From positions 8,359-72,358 of the forward strand of contig NZ_JACHGJ010000014.1 in NCBI RefSeq assembly GCF_014207565.1: a DNA stretch of 64,000 nucleotides. Reading direction: 5' to 3'. Made by a program: the position numbers and the translations under genes. How positions within the stretch are numbered: the stretch's first letter is position 1; each line of letters opens with the position of its first letter. Below are positions 45,280 to 55,191 of this stretch, piece after piece. The notes below the pieces were generated by a model that searched no databases, had not been told where the DNA came from, and saw nothing but the letters and a program-made list of their open reading frames with translations. The DNA comes from Spirochaeta isovalerica. Its GTDB lineage: Bacteria > Spirochaetota > Spirochaetia > DSM-2461.

Positions 45280-45899
45280 TTTTTACAGTAGAAGACCAGA
45301 TGCCTCTCTTCTCTCAAACCGGGTACCGACAATGGAAGGATTTCCTTTGCTTCCGCAATGGATCCGACCTGTCTGATCTCATCATTTATGTTTTCCATTC
45401 TCCCTTTATAGGCCGCAAGCTGACCATCGGGAGTTAGAATATTCATCAGGAGAGTCATGATTCCCGGTTCTACAGGTTTAAAAGCCCGGAAAGTGACAAG
45501 ATCATACCGGTCTTTCACATTTTTCAGATCCATTTCCATAATATTCAGATTTTTGAGATTGAGAACCGCCGCGGCATTTCTCAGAAAACGGACCCTTTTA
45601 CCCGAACGTTCTATCAGCGTGACCTTAACCCCGGGAAGCATGATGGCCAGAGGAATGCCGGGCAGCCCGGCACCTGATCCCACATCGGCAAGGGTTTCGG
45701 GAGATCTGGACAGGACGGCTGAAGCCCCGGATAGCGAGTCGAGAATATGGCGGGTAATAAGATCGTCTCCTTTCGCATTAACCAATCCGTAACGGGGATT
45801 CCAGAGTTCGATCTCTCCGATATATCTCTCGAGAAGGGCAAGCTGCTCTTCCGTATATTCAAGGTGCAGTTTTTTTAATCCATCAGTCAGCAGAGACAT
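45276..45899 (-). CDS. rsmG: 16S rRNA (guanine527-N7)-methyltransferase
   Basis: GidB signature [17 protein letters not shown]. Length 207 aa. It lies directly downstream of mnmG and overlaps it by 17 nt. Confidence 0.9.
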   Translation of the reverse strand: MSLLTDGLKKLHLEYTEEQLALLERYIGEIELWNPRYGLVNAKGDDLITRHILDSLSGASAVLSRSPETLADVGSGAGLPGIPLAIMLPGVKVTLIERSGKRVRFLRNAAAVLNLKNLNIMEMDLKNVKDRYDLVTFRAFKPVEPGIMTLLMNILTPDGQLAAYKGRMENINDEIRQVGSIAEAKEILPLSVPGLREERHLVFYCKN

Positions 45900-47745
45900 G
45901 GTTCTCCTTTCCCATCAGTACCAGAAGTACGGCGATGTCGGGATTTCTCACTCCGGAAATTCGCGATGCCTGACCAACAGATACGGGCCGGATTTTTTTC
46001 AGTTTCTCCCGGGATTCAGTAGAAATCCCCTCAACCGCATCATAATCGAAATCGGCGGGTATTTTCACATTTTCCATTTTCTTGAAACGGGCTACCTGCT
46101 TTTCCTGTTTGGCAATATAACCCTCGTATTTCACATCCAGTTCAGCATGTTTGACCCACTGGGACTTATATTTCCTGATTTCCGGTTCGATTTCAGCCAG
46201 TTCCTCAATGGATATGGTGGGATCTTTCACAGCTTTGTACATTGTGTCTCCGATATGACCTGCCAATTCCGGCGAGGAATCTGCCACATCGGCCTTTTTA
46301 ATTCTCCGGTTTTTCAGAAGCTCCTTGATCTCATCGAGAGATTGTCTTTTCCGCTCGAAAAGCTCCATGGCCTTATCGCTGAGGAGTCCGGCATATCGGC
46401 TTTTTGGGAACAGACGCATATCACAATCATCATGCCTGAGAGAGAGCCTGTATTCGGCGCGGGATGTAAACATCCTATAGGGTTCATTTGTTCCCAGAGT
46501 GACAAGGTCATCAATAAGAACGCCCGTGTAAGCCTCATCCCTCGTCAGAATAAGAGGATCTTTGCCCTGAAGGCTCAAGGCTCCGTTTATACCGGCCATC
46601 AATCCCTGGCAGGCCGCTTCTTCGTACCCCGACGTTCCATTGGTCTGTCCGGCGATATAAAGACCCTTGTGTATTTTGCTCTCCAGGGTCGGCAGCAGCT
46701 GAGTGGGATCTATGAAGTCGTATTCAACAGCATAGCCGGGGCGCATGATTTCCACATTTTCCAGGCCGGGAAGTGTTTTCAGGAAACGGTACTGAACCTC
46801 TTCGGGAAGCGAAGAAGAGATGCCGTTCAGATACATCTCTTCCGAATCGGCTCCTTCCGGTTCCACGAATATCTGATGCCTGTTTCTGGTTGGAAATCTG
46901 ACGACTTTGTCTTCAATTGAGGGGCAGTACCGCGGACCCGCTCCGACAATTTCTCCGGAATATAGTGGAGAGAATGCCATATTTTCACTGATGATATTAT
47001 GCGTGTCATTATTGGTGTAGGTGATAAAGCAGCTGTGGTCTTCGCGGTTTACCTCTTCGTTGGAAAAAGAAAAGGGCAGCATGGGATCATCGCCGGACTG
47101 CTCCTCCATTTTGCTGAAATCGAGGGAGCTTTTTTTAACCCGCGCCGGAGTTCCCGTTTTCAAACGGCCGAGGCGGTACCCGTGGGCGCGGAGCGCCGTA
47201 CCCAGTCCGATGGCGGCCGGTTCACCCAGTCGCCCCGATGACTGGCGGTACTCTCCGATAAAGATTTTCGCTTCCATGAAAGTACCGGTCGTCAGAACGA
47301 CAACATCCGATGTAATCCGTCGGCCTCTCTCCGTCACGACACCCCGGCAGAGTCCCTTTTCATGGTCGAGAATCAAGTCTACAACCGTATCCTGATAAAC
47401 ATGGAGGTTGTTCTGGCTTTCCACTGTCTCTTTCGCCAGTTTCTGGTAGAGAAATCGGTCCGCCTGAGCCCTGGGCGCCTGAACGGCAGGCCCCCGGCTT
47501 TTATTGAGAATGCGAAACTGAATCATCGATGCATCGATAAGCTTTCCCATTTCTCCGCCCAGGGCATCGACTTCCCGGACAATATTCCCTTTGGCCAATC
47601 CGCCGATAGCCGGGTTACAGGAAAGTTTTCCGATAACATCAAGATTCTGTGTTACCAGCATAGTTGAAAAACCGAGGCGGGCGAATGCCAGCGAGGCTTC
47701 GATACCCGCATGTCCTCCCCCCACGACTATTGCTTTATAATCCAT
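45883..47745 (-). CDS. mnmG: tRNA uridine 5-carboxymethylaminomethyl modification enzyme
   Basis: [12 protein letters not shown]-type FAD motif ([15 protein letters not shown]) and the conserved GidA body. Length 620 aa. Confidence 0.95.
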   Translation of the reverse strand: MDYKAIVVGGGHAGIEASLAFARLGFSTMLVTQNLDVIGKLSCNPAIGGLAKGNIVREVDALGGEMGKLIDASMIQFRILNKSRGPAVQAPRAQADRFLYQKLAKETVESQNNLHVYQDTVVDLILDHEKGLCRGVVTERGRRITSDVVVLTTGTFMEAKIFIGEYRQSSGRLGEPAAIGLGTALRAHGYRLGRLKTGTPARVKKSSLDFSKMEEQSGDDPMLPFSFSNEEVNREDHSCFITYTNNDTHNIISENMAFSPLYSGEIVGAGPRYCPSIEDKVVRFPTRNRHQIFVEPEGADSEEMYLNGISSSLPEEVQYRFLKTLPGLENVEIMRPGYAVEYDFIDPTQLLPTLESKIHKGLYIAGQTNGTSGYEEAACQGLMAGINGALSLQGKDPLILTRDEAYTGVLIDDLVTLGTNEPYRMFTSRAEYRLSLRHDDCDMRLFPKSRYAGLLSDKAMELFERKRQSLDEIKELLKNRRIKKADVADSSPELAGHIGDTMYKAVKDPTISIEELAEIEPEIRKYKSQWVKHAELDVKYEGYIAKQEKQVARFKKMENVKIPADFDYDAVEGISTESREKLKKIRPVSVGQASRISGVRNPDIAVLLVLMGKENHVSAD

Positions 47746-47746
47746 A

Positions 47747-49111
47747 TTATTTACCTACACAAAAATTAGAGAACATTCTTTCCAGAACATCCGCAGATGT
47801 AACTTCTCCGGTAATCTCTCCCAGAGCGTTAAGGGCATCTGTGAGCTCAACTGCCGCCATATCCATAGGCATACCGTCTAATAGCGCCTGACTATACCGG
47901 TTCAGAGCCTCACGGGCTTCCTCGAGAAGTTTTTTCTGCCGCATCGAATCGATGACGGGTTCATTACCGGGAACATAGTGATCCCGGAAAACAACAGTTT
48001 TGATGGCCTCTTCAAGCTCGGCAAAACCTTCAGCCGTCAGGGCGCTCACCTTTATGAAGCCATCGGGCGCCGCGGTTGCGGCTTTATCTATTTTATTCCA
48101 CACATAAAGACAACGGCTGTCTTCTTTGTAGGCACTCATAAATGCTTCGAGGTCTGCGGTAATCCCTTCCTGTGCGTCCGCCACATAGAGAATGACATGG
48201 GCGTTGTCAATTATTTCGTTGCTTCTCCGGATCCCTTCCGCTTCTATGGGATGATCAGCCTCACGGAGACCCGCCGTATCGAAGAGCCGGACAGGAATTC
48301 CTCCGATGGATATCCACGATTCGAGATAATCCCGGGTCGTGCCGTGTATATCCGAAACGATCGACCTGTCCTCTTTCAGGAACAGGTTGAAAAGCGATGA
48401 TTTTCCCGCGTTCGTTTTGCCGGCCAGAACGACGCGCACCCCTTCCTGATAAATCTTTCCGGCCCTGTAGGTGGATAGGAGGCGGTCGATCTTCCCGACG
48501 ATAGGTTTGGTTTCTCCCGCTTCCACATCGGGCATTTCCGCTTCGTCTTCCGGATAATCGAGCTGGATTTCAACAGAAGCGAGGAGGTCTGTTACTTCGC
48601 TTTTGATTGTATTGATGGAATTTTCAATGGAACCGGAAAGACGGTTTAACGCCAGAGACTGGGCCTGGTTCGATTTGGCGCTGATAATCTCCTGGACGGC
48701 TTCCGCCCTGGTCAGGTCCATCTTTTGATTGAGAAATGCCCGGAATGTGAATTCTCCCGGAGAAGCTTCGCGGAAACCGGAACGGAAAAGCAGCTCCAGA
48801 ATCTTCCTGATTCCCGGGAGACTCCCGTGAACGAAAAATTCAACGCTTTCCTGTCCGGTATAACTGCGGGGAGCTCTGTAAACGGCGGCTGTCACTTCAT
48901 CAAGTTTCACTTCACCATCGGAAATATAGCCGTAGACAATGGAGTTTCCCGCCGCCTGATCCAGTTTGTCAGATGGAGAAAAAATACGTGCTGCGGCGCT
49001 TATGCAATCCGGTCCCGTAGTTCTGATAACGGCGAGGGCGCTTTCCGCCCAGGGCGTAGCAAGAGCAGCTATCAGATCATCGGGATCGTACTTAAAATCT
49101 TTCATAGTCAA
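47747..49111 (-). CDS. mnmE: tRNA modification GTPase
   Basis: G-domain with [19 protein letters not shown] and the C-terminal CVGK tetrapeptide. Length 454 aa. Confidence 0.95.
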   Translation of the reverse strand: MTMKDFKYDPDDLIAALATPWAESALAVIRTTGPDCISAAARIFSPSDKLDQAAGNSIVYGYISDGEVKLDEVTAAVYRAPRSYTGQESVEFFVHGSLPGIRKILELLFRSGFREASPGEFTFRAFLNQKMDLTRAEAVQEIISAKSNQAQSLALNRLSGSIENSINTIKSEVTDLLASVEIQLDYPEDEAEMPDVEAGETKPIVGKIDRLLSTYRAGKIYQEGVRVVLAGKTNAGKSSLFNLFLKEDRSIVSDIHGTTRDYLESWISIGGIPVRLFDTAGLREADHPIEAEGIRRSNEIIDNAHVILYVADAQEGITADLEAFMSAYKEDSRCLYVWNKIDKAATAAPDGFIKVSALTAEGFAELEEAIKTVVFRDHYVPGNEPVIDSMRQKKLLEEAREALNRYSQALLDGMPMDMAAVELTDALNALGEITGEVTSADVLERMFSNFCVGK

Positions 49112-49171
49112 CCAGAATACTCCTATTCAAAAGAGTTTTCAATTCCACCGGAAAAGGCTACACTCAATTAT

Positions 49172-49930
49172 ATGAGAGAATCGCGCATATTCGTAGGGGA
49201 AAAAGCCCCGTTGCTTTTCGGGCATAGAGGATGCCCTGTTGAAGCTCCCGAAAACACTCTGGCCTCGTTCAGCAGGATTCTGGAGAACAACATTCCCGGT
49301 GTGGAACTGGATGTTCAGGTTTGCTCGTCCGGAGAACTGGTTGTTCTTCACGACAACAATATGCTCCGCACTACCGGTTTTGACGGAAATATCCTGGATC
49401 ATGACCTGACCCAGATTCGCTCTCTTGATAACGGCTCTTTCTTCTCTCCCGATTTCAAAGGCGAAAAGATCCCACTGCTGGAAGAGGTTTTCCAGCTGCT
49501 CGGAGACAAAGTTTATTACGATATCGAGCTGAAGGCGGATTATACCAGGAGTTTCGGTCTGGAGAAAAAAGTTCTGGCCATGATCCGGGACTTCCGACTG
49601 ACCAGGAGGGTTGTCGTCTCCTCTTTCAACCCGCTGCCTGTTGCGCGGTTCAAAAAACTGACAAATGAAATTCCCGCATTTCTCATCTACTCTGACACAG
49701 AGGATGTCCCCTTCTATCTGAGAAAGGGAGAAGGCCGTTTTCTCTGCAGACCGGAAGGCTTAAAACCGGATTGCAGGCTTCTGGATGAGAATCTTTACAG
49801 AAAACTCAGCCGCAAATACCTTCTTATGAGTTGGACGGTTAATGATCTGAAGACATACAACAGACTGGCGGAATGGGAAATTGATGGCGTCTGCAGCAAT
49901 TATGCCGCAGATTTTGTTTCAGGATCCTGA
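49172..49930 (+). CDS. Glycerophosphodiester phosphodiesterase
   Basis: HRG catalytic motif (LLFGHRGCP), ELDVQ and VLHD. The track ORF 48725-49930 has an N-terminal part antisense to mnmE. I trimmed it to the ATG at 49172, after the mnmE start. Confidence 0.8.
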   Translation: MRESRIFVGEKAPLLFGHRGCPVEAPENTLASFSRILENNIPGVELDVQVCSSGELVVLHDNNMLRTTGFDGNILDHDLTQIRSLDNGSFFSPDFKGEKIPLLEEVFQLLGDKVYYDIELKADYTRSFGLEKKVLAMIRDFRLTRRVVVSSFNPLPVARFKKLTNEIPAFLIYSDTEDVPFYLRKGEGRFLCRPEGLKPDCRLLDENLYRKLSRKYLLMSWTVNDLKTYNRLAEWEIDGVCSNYAADFVSGS

Positions 49931-49937
49931 ATTTTTA

Positions 49938-51368
49938 TCAGGGCAATTTATCCATCAGCAAAGCGGCAAAACTCTTTCCCAACTCTTTAAAAGACGTATT
50001 TATGGTTGCCTGGGATTCTCCGCCCTGCACTCTTTTGCTCAGAGTTTCATCAAAAAGGATTTCCCCCGATTCCAGATCGAGAACGCGGACTCTCGCTTCG
50101 GTGACGACGGTAAAACCGGCAGCCGCATCATCGAATTCTACAATTTGGGCCACTCCGAACACGGTTCGTTTGTAATCTCCGTTGATAAGATAGGGAAGGT
50201 CTCTCAGAAGCTCTTCGTCGTTCAGATCAAAAAGATATTTCCTGTCCAGATCGAGCTGAAGGGTATTGAATCCCGCGCTCTGCAGCGATGAAGTCAGCCC
50301 CTGCTGGGTCTGCCGCGAATCGAGAGGTTTTCTGAGAAAATCGGAATCGATAATGTAAACACCGGTCAGAACTGTAGGAGCCGAAGATATGATTGAAAAA
50401 TCAAATTGAACTTTTACCGAATCCGAAGCCGATATAAGTTTTGCATACTCTTCGGGGAAATTTTTCTCCAGAAGGGACAAATCCCCTGTATCGTAGAGTA
50501 GATCGAGGGACATGACGACCTTACCCGCTCCGGTAAACCCGGGAGAAGGATGAACAAAAGTGACAAGCCCCGTTTCACTGCTGCGAAGCATGGCGAAGCG
50601 GTCGCCGATGACAGCCCCTTTCTTACGATCGCGGAAAGCGGTTTTTACAGCGACATCTTTCCAGACAGCAGGCTTGTCAGATGACTTGAGGCCCAGCCGG
50701 GCTTTAAAAACGCCGCTGTTTCCGACAGCTAATGTTTCGGGACTATCGACCGTGGTTATTTCCATATCCTCGAACAAAGAAATGGCAGAGCGGAGGTTCT
50801 GTTCCGTTATAAAACGATTATCCGAGCCGGCTGACTCCAGTGCAGCTTTAATATAACTCAGCGCACCTTTGTAGACTTCACCCCGGCTTACCAGATTTTC
50901 GGCTTCAACGGAATAAATCGATGCCGTTGATCCGGCTCTGAATATATCTTCGAGATCTGTCCGCAATTGATCCATCCGGGAATTTTCCATTTGGACCAGT
51001 ATATAAATGATCTTTTCCGTTCCCAGTTCATCGACCTGTTTATTAATCAGTTTGAATCCCTGAACCTGTGTTCCGGAAACAACAGACCGGATCTCTTTTC
51101 TCATTTCAGATAAATCATCTTTCTCCGCCTCACTTTCGCTCAGCCCCAGAGCCGATGAAACCCGGGCAAACAGTTCGTCTCCTGCAAGCGATTCTATATC
51201 TTTGAGAATGGATGCTCTTTGAGAAATAGCAAAATACCGGTATTCGTTATTATCCGGAGGAGGATTGAGATACCATTCTGGAGGCTGTATTTCTTTTTCA
51301 GGTGTGGTAGCACAGCTGAACAGGACAAACAGCAGTAGCAAACCTGTAATTAATTTTCCACACCTCAT
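49938..51368 (-). CDS. Hypothetical lipoprotein (476 aa)
   Basis: Signal peptide with lipobox LFSCATT. I recognise no family. Confidence 0.6.
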   Translation of the reverse strand: MRCGKLITGLLLLFVLFSCATTPEKEIQPPEWYLNPPPDNNEYRYFAISQRASILKDIESLAGDELFARVSSALGLSESEAEKDDLSEMRKEIRSVVSGTQVQGFKLINKQVDELGTEKIIYILVQMENSRMDQLRTDLEDIFRAGSTASIYSVEAENLVSRGEVYKGALSYIKAALESAGSDNRFITEQNLRSAISLFEDMEITTVDSPETLAVGNSGVFKARLGLKSSDKPAVWKDVAVKTAFRDRKKGAVIGDRFAMLRSSETGLVTFVHPSPGFTGAGKVVMSLDLLYDTGDLSLLEKNFPEEYAKLISASDSVKVQFDFSIISSAPTVLTGVYIIDSDFLRKPLDSRQTQQGLTSSLQSAGFNTLQLDLDRKYLFDLNDEELLRDLPYLINGDYKRTVFGVAQIVEFDDAAAGFTVVTEARVRVLDLESGEILFDETLSKRVQGGESQATINTSFKELGKSFAALLMDKLP

Positions 51369-51418
51369 CGTGATGACAGCCCCTTTTTAAATTATTGATT
51401 TTTTCTGTGATCCCTTAA

Positions 51419-53257
51419 CTACAGAAGACTCTCTTTATCCCCGGTTGCAGCAACAGCCTGGGGAAGTTGTGAATCAGTTAAGGTTTTTATATAAAAATAA
51501 TCCAGAATTACTTCACTTTTATTTTCGACACGACTTTCTAAAAATAAAGAATATCGTTGCCCCGGTTTAAGAGAAATATCGGCTTTGGCAAAGAAATCTT
51601 CACTTTCCTCAAGACTTTCCAAAAGAACTGAGCCGTTTTCATCTCTTATTATTTTAAAATTCTCTACAGTCCGCTCCAAATCGCTATCGAAGAAGGCAAT
51701 AAGATCGGATGACAGGCGTAAAACTTCCCCGCCTTCCTGATCTTCAAAAACCAGATCCCATAGAGCCGGAGCCTTTCTGTCCAGAAAGCTGAGAAAAAAT
51801 ATCATATCTTTCACAGACCCGGTAAAGTCAGCTATTTTAATTTTCCCGCCGGCATTAATTGTTAAACCGGAAACAGGGCCGTCAAAGCCGTTAGCATCGA
51901 CAAGAGAGCTTCCCAGCTGATGCTGCAGAACCCTGCGATACTGATCACTGTCGACTGTCGAGTCTGCTCCGGAGCCGGTATATACGCCCAGTTCATCGAG
52001 AATAAGACCGGCGCCTGAGATCAGATCATCTCCCCCGATCAGGGATTGCTGAGTTTCAGAGATTTCAAATGCTCCATTATCAAAAAGGGTCTCTCCCGCC
52101 GGCAGGCCGTTGATGAACCATCGAATTTCCGTTGTTTCAGGTTTTGGTATGACATGCACAGTCAGATCGGAGAGAACTTCATAAGGATAGGCAACAGCAG
52201 AAACGCTTTCATAGTCGCCGAGACTCAATTTTAAAAATCCGCCGTCAACCACGGCAATTGATAATTCAAAGCTCTCCTGATCCTGAATACTGAGTATATT
52301 TCCGGACAAAGGAGGCTGGGACAGCGAAAACCGCCCATTGAACGAGAAAGGTCGAAGGATTCCATTCCTTGCAGGCAGTATGCGCCCCGATGCGGCAATG
52401 CCGTTATTACCCTCAATAGAATAGAGATAAGAATTACCAAAAGGAAGAGCGCCGACTTCTCCGATCAGGGAGTTTACGAATTCTTCGGGATTTTCCGGGT
52501 TGAGATCCCCGGCAAAATGGTAAAGGAGAGTGTAGTCTTCATCGGGTTTCAGAGTTCCGGAGTCAATCAAAGCCCTTTCGCTAACGACGATCTCAACGGT
52601 ATCGAAAACGGAGGAATGAAGGTCAGAATCAACTTCCTCAGGGAATATTTCAAGTTTTATACTGTAGAGTCCCGATTTATCTCCTGCTTTCCAGTAAAGC
52701 GTATCCAGGCCTTCCGAAAGATAGCCCTGATCGAGAATGGAACCATCGAGACTCCATCTGAAAAATGGATCAACCTCAGGGGGATTAGTTACAGAGGCCT
52801 GAATAAAAACATCTTTTCCCGGTACAGTTTCCTGAGGAAGAGATATCAGCTCATTGATCAGATAGGCACTATCAGCTTTAAAAATCATTATCTCTTCAGA
52901 AGCTATTTCAATATCATTTTCAAAAACAACTATATGAAAGAAATATTTACCGGTCGGAAGTTCCGGAGGTATAATCAGGGAAGAGGTATAATCCTCATCA
53001 GGATTCTCAATATTAACAGAGGTCTCACCCCAGTCCGCACCCATCTGGTCAATGATTGAGACCGTGTATCTATCGGGAACAGCGGCGCTATCAGACATAA
53101 TGCTGAGAGGAAATGAGTCTCCGCCCTGCAAAATGGAACCGCTGCCAACAGTCCGGATTTCTACAGACTGCTCTATATCGAAGAGGAATTCCGATACATC
53201 ATTGCAGGAGTAAAGAGAGAAAATCAAGACTGTAATTATCAGATGCCATTTCTTCAT
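51419..53257 (-). CDS. Hypothetical lipoprotein (612 aa)
   Basis: Signal peptide with lipobox LYSCND and beta-rich composition. I recognise no family. Confidence 0.6.
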   Translation of the reverse strand: MKKWHLIITVLIFSLYSCNDVSEFLFDIEQSVEIRTVGSGSILQGGDSFPLSIMSDSAAVPDRYTVSIIDQMGADWGETSVNIENPDEDYTSSLIIPPELPTGKYFFHIVVFENDIEIASEEIMIFKADSAYLINELISLPQETVPGKDVFIQASVTNPPEVDPFFRWSLDGSILDQGYLSEGLDTLYWKAGDKSGLYSIKLEIFPEEVDSDLHSSVFDTVEIVVSERALIDSGTLKPDEDYTLLYHFAGDLNPENPEEFVNSLIGEVGALPFGNSYLYSIEGNNGIAASGRILPARNGILRPFSFNGRFSLSQPPLSGNILSIQDQESFELSIAVVDGGFLKLSLGDYESVSAVAYPYEVLSDLTVHVIPKPETTEIRWFINGLPAGETLFDNGAFEISETQQSLIGGDDLISGAGLILDELGVYTGSGADSTVDSDQYRRVLQHQLGSSLVDANGFDGPVSGLTINAGGKIKIADFTGSVKDMIFFLSFLDRKAPALWDLVFEDQEGGEVLRLSSDLIAFFDSDLERTVENFKIIRDENGSVLLESLEESEDFFAKADISLKPGQRYSLFLESRVENKSEVILDYFYIKTLTDSQLPQAVAATGDKESLL

Positions 53258-53312
53258 ACTTATCCAGTATTAATTCTAACACAAAAATCAGCATATCCAC
53301 AGAGAGGAAAAC

Positions 53313-53343
53313 AAAAAAACCGCCTGAAACATGACCCAGGCGG
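53313..53343 (-). terminator. Rho-independent terminator of pepT
   Basis: On the minus strand the stem is CCGCCTGGGTCATGTTTCAGGCGG followed by TTTTTTT (plus-strand A-run 53313-53319, stems 53320-53326 and 53337-53343). Confidence 0.8.
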
Positions 53344-53366
53344 TTCTCAATATAGCTTTTAAGGAG

Positions 53367-54608
53367 CTATTCGGTCCAGGTTTCAACAAGATGGAGAATA
53401 ACCGACACAGCTTTAACCATTGCGGGAACTCCGATCCACTCCTTCCGACTATGAAAATTATGGCCGCCGGTAAAAATATTGGGCGTGGGTACACCCATTT
53501 CCGTCAGTCTCGAACCATCTGTCCCGCCGCGGATAACAACCTTATGGGGCTCGACATCCGCGAGCTCGAACGCTCTCTCCACATTTGCCATGACCCGGGG
53601 ATTTTCATCGAGCTTTTCTTTCATGTTGACATACTGCTTTTTCGTTTCAACCGTCACTTTTCCTCCGGGAAAAGCCGCTTCCACAGCAGCTGCGAAAGCA
53701 TCGAGAGCCTTTACCCGCCTCTGAATGTCATCGGCATCGAATGAACGCATGAGAAGATGAAGCCGGGCTTTTTCCAGAGATCCGGAAATGCTCTGCGCCC
53801 AATAGTTGCCAAAACGGCCGTCGGTTGCCTCGGGACTCTCATTGCGGGGAAGCATGGAAACGAAAGCGGAAGCCATTGTGACAGCATTTACCAGTTTTCC
53901 TCTGGCGTAACCTGGATGGATAACAATCCCCTGAAATGTAACATCAGCCCCGTAAGCGTAGTAACATTCGTCTTCCAGCTCTCCTTCCCTTCCGCCATCC
54001 ATGGTGTAACAGGCCCGGGAGTGAAGTTCTTCCCTGGGGAAATTGTTCATTCCGCAACCGGTTTCTTCGTCGGGGGTGAAAATCAATTCGATTTCGCCGT
54101 GTTTTATCTCATCATGACTGAGAATGATGGATGCTGCAGTCATAATTTCGGCGATTCCCGCTTTATCATCCGCTCCGAGCAATGTGGAGCCATCTGTTGT
54201 TATAACCGTGTTTCCGACATAGAGTTTCAAATCCTCATCATCTTCGGGATCGATCTGCAAAGTATCATTCAACTTAATGAGCTTTCCGTCGTAGTTCTGG
54301 TGTACCTGCGGTTTGACATCCTTTCCGGGCGCGTCTGAAGCCGTATCGACATGAGCCATAAAACCGATTGTGTCCGCTTTTGCATTCGCGGGAATTCGGC
54401 CGATGAGATAACCCATTTCATTATAGGAAATATCGCTGATTCCCATATCCTTCATCTCCTTTTCCAGAAGATTGAGAAGGTCGAACTGTATTGCCGTGGA
54501 TGGGGTCTTCTCTTCGGCAATGCGCCGGTCCGAAGTCGTCCATATTTTTACGTAACGGAGAAATCTCTCCTGAACCTGTTCTTCAATAGTTTTATAATAT
54601 TTTTTCAT
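53367..54608 (-). CDS. pepT: Peptidase T (tripeptide aminopeptidase, M20B)
   Basis: M20 metal-ligand motifs MAHVDT, DDKAG and GTDGS. Length 413 aa from the internal ATG at 54608; the track ORF starts further upstream at 54704. Confidence 0.88.
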   Translation of the reverse strand: MKKYYKTIEEQVQERFLRYVKIWTTSDRRIAEEKTPSTAIQFDLLNLLEKEMKDMGISDISYNEMGYLIGRIPANAKADTIGFMAHVDTASDAPGKDVKPQVHQNYDGKLIKLNDTLQIDPEDDEDLKLYVGNTVITTDGSTLLGADDKAGIAEIMTAASIILSHDEIKHGEIELIFTPDEETGCGMNNFPREELHSRACYTMDGGREGELEDECYYAYGADVTFQGIVIHPGYARGKLVNAVTMASAFVSMLPRNESPEATDGRFGNYWAQSISGSLEKARLHLLMRSFDADDIQRRVKALDAFAAAVEAAFPGGKVTVETKKQYVNMKEKLDENPRVMANVERAFELADVEPHKVVIRGGTDGSRLTEMGVPTPNIFTGGHNFHSRKEWIGVPAMVKAVSVILHLVETWTE

Positions 54609-54731
54609 ATAGTGATGATAAAACGATATGCGGTTTTTTTGTACCCCAAAATGACGAATTCGGAAATAGATGTCGGGAGAGAGTGAGTTTTGACTGATTG
54701 ACAAGCGAAAACTGAACTGGTAGGATTAGTT

Positions 54732-54804
54732 TCGCATATTTGCCCCGGTAGCTCAGGGGATAGAGCAACCGCCTCCTAAGCGGTAGGTCGGACGTTCGAA
54801 TCGT
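54732..54804 (+). tRNA. tRNA-Arg (anticodon CCT)
   Basis: Manual cloverleaf: acceptor GCCCCGG/CCGGGGT, D-arm GCTC..GAGC, anticodon stem ACCGC/GCGGT with loop CTCCTAA, T-arm GGACG TTCGAAT CGTCT. No CCA is encoded. Confidence 0.85.
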
Positions 54805-54875
54805 CTCCGGGGTATTTTTTTTGTCTATATAGTTGACAAAAAATGACTGCCTATATAATATGCAGTTCGTTGTCT

Positions 54876-54949
54876 GGAGGCGTAGCGAAGTTGGTTATCG
54901 CGCCGGCCTGTCAAGCCGGAGATCGCGGGTTCGAGGCCCGTCGCTTCCG
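54876..54949 (+). tRNA. tRNA-Asp (anticodon GTC), copy 1
   Basis: Cloverleaf: acceptor GGAGGCG/CGCTTCC, anticodon loop CTGTCAA, T-arm GCGGG TTCGAGG CCCGT, discriminator G. Confidence 0.85.
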
Positions 54950-54982
54950 TACCTGGAAGCAATTCCATTATTACAGACAACT

Positions 54983-55056
54983 GGAGGCGTAGCGAAGTTG
55001 GTTATCGCGCCGGCCTGTCAAGCCGGAGATCGCGGGTTCGAGGCCCGTCGCTTCCG
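54983..55056 (+). tRNA. tRNA-Asp (anticodon GTC), copy 2, identical to copy 1
   Basis: A 74-nt sequence identical to 54876-54949, repeated 107 nt downstream. Confidence 0.85.
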
Positions 55057-55063
55057 CATATGG

Positions 55064-55091
55064 GGAACATCGAAAGATGTTCCTTTTTTTT
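55064..55091 (+). terminator. Rho-independent terminator after the tRNA cluster
   Basis: GGAACATC, loop gaaa, GATGTTCC, then TTTTTTTT. Confidence 0.8.
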
Positions 55092-55191
55092 ATCCGGATA
55101 GCCTCGAAACATGAGATGCGAGACTCGCAGCATCGAACAGGTTGAACAAGGGCGAGAAAAAGCCGGCAAGGATGCCGATGGCCTGACTGCT

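Noticed and set aside
45898-46920. 340-aa plus-strand ORF inside mnmG
   Set aside because: Antisense to the highly conserved mnmG gene. Composition is non-protein-like.
48725-49171. N-terminal 149 codons of track ORF 48725-49930
   Set aside because: This part lies antisense to mnmE. The GDPD homology starts only at the internal ATG at 49172, so I trimmed the feature.
54833-55114. 93-aa ORF overlapping both tRNA-Asp genes
   Set aside because: It spans two canonical tRNA cloverleaves and a terminator. It is an artefact of the open frame.
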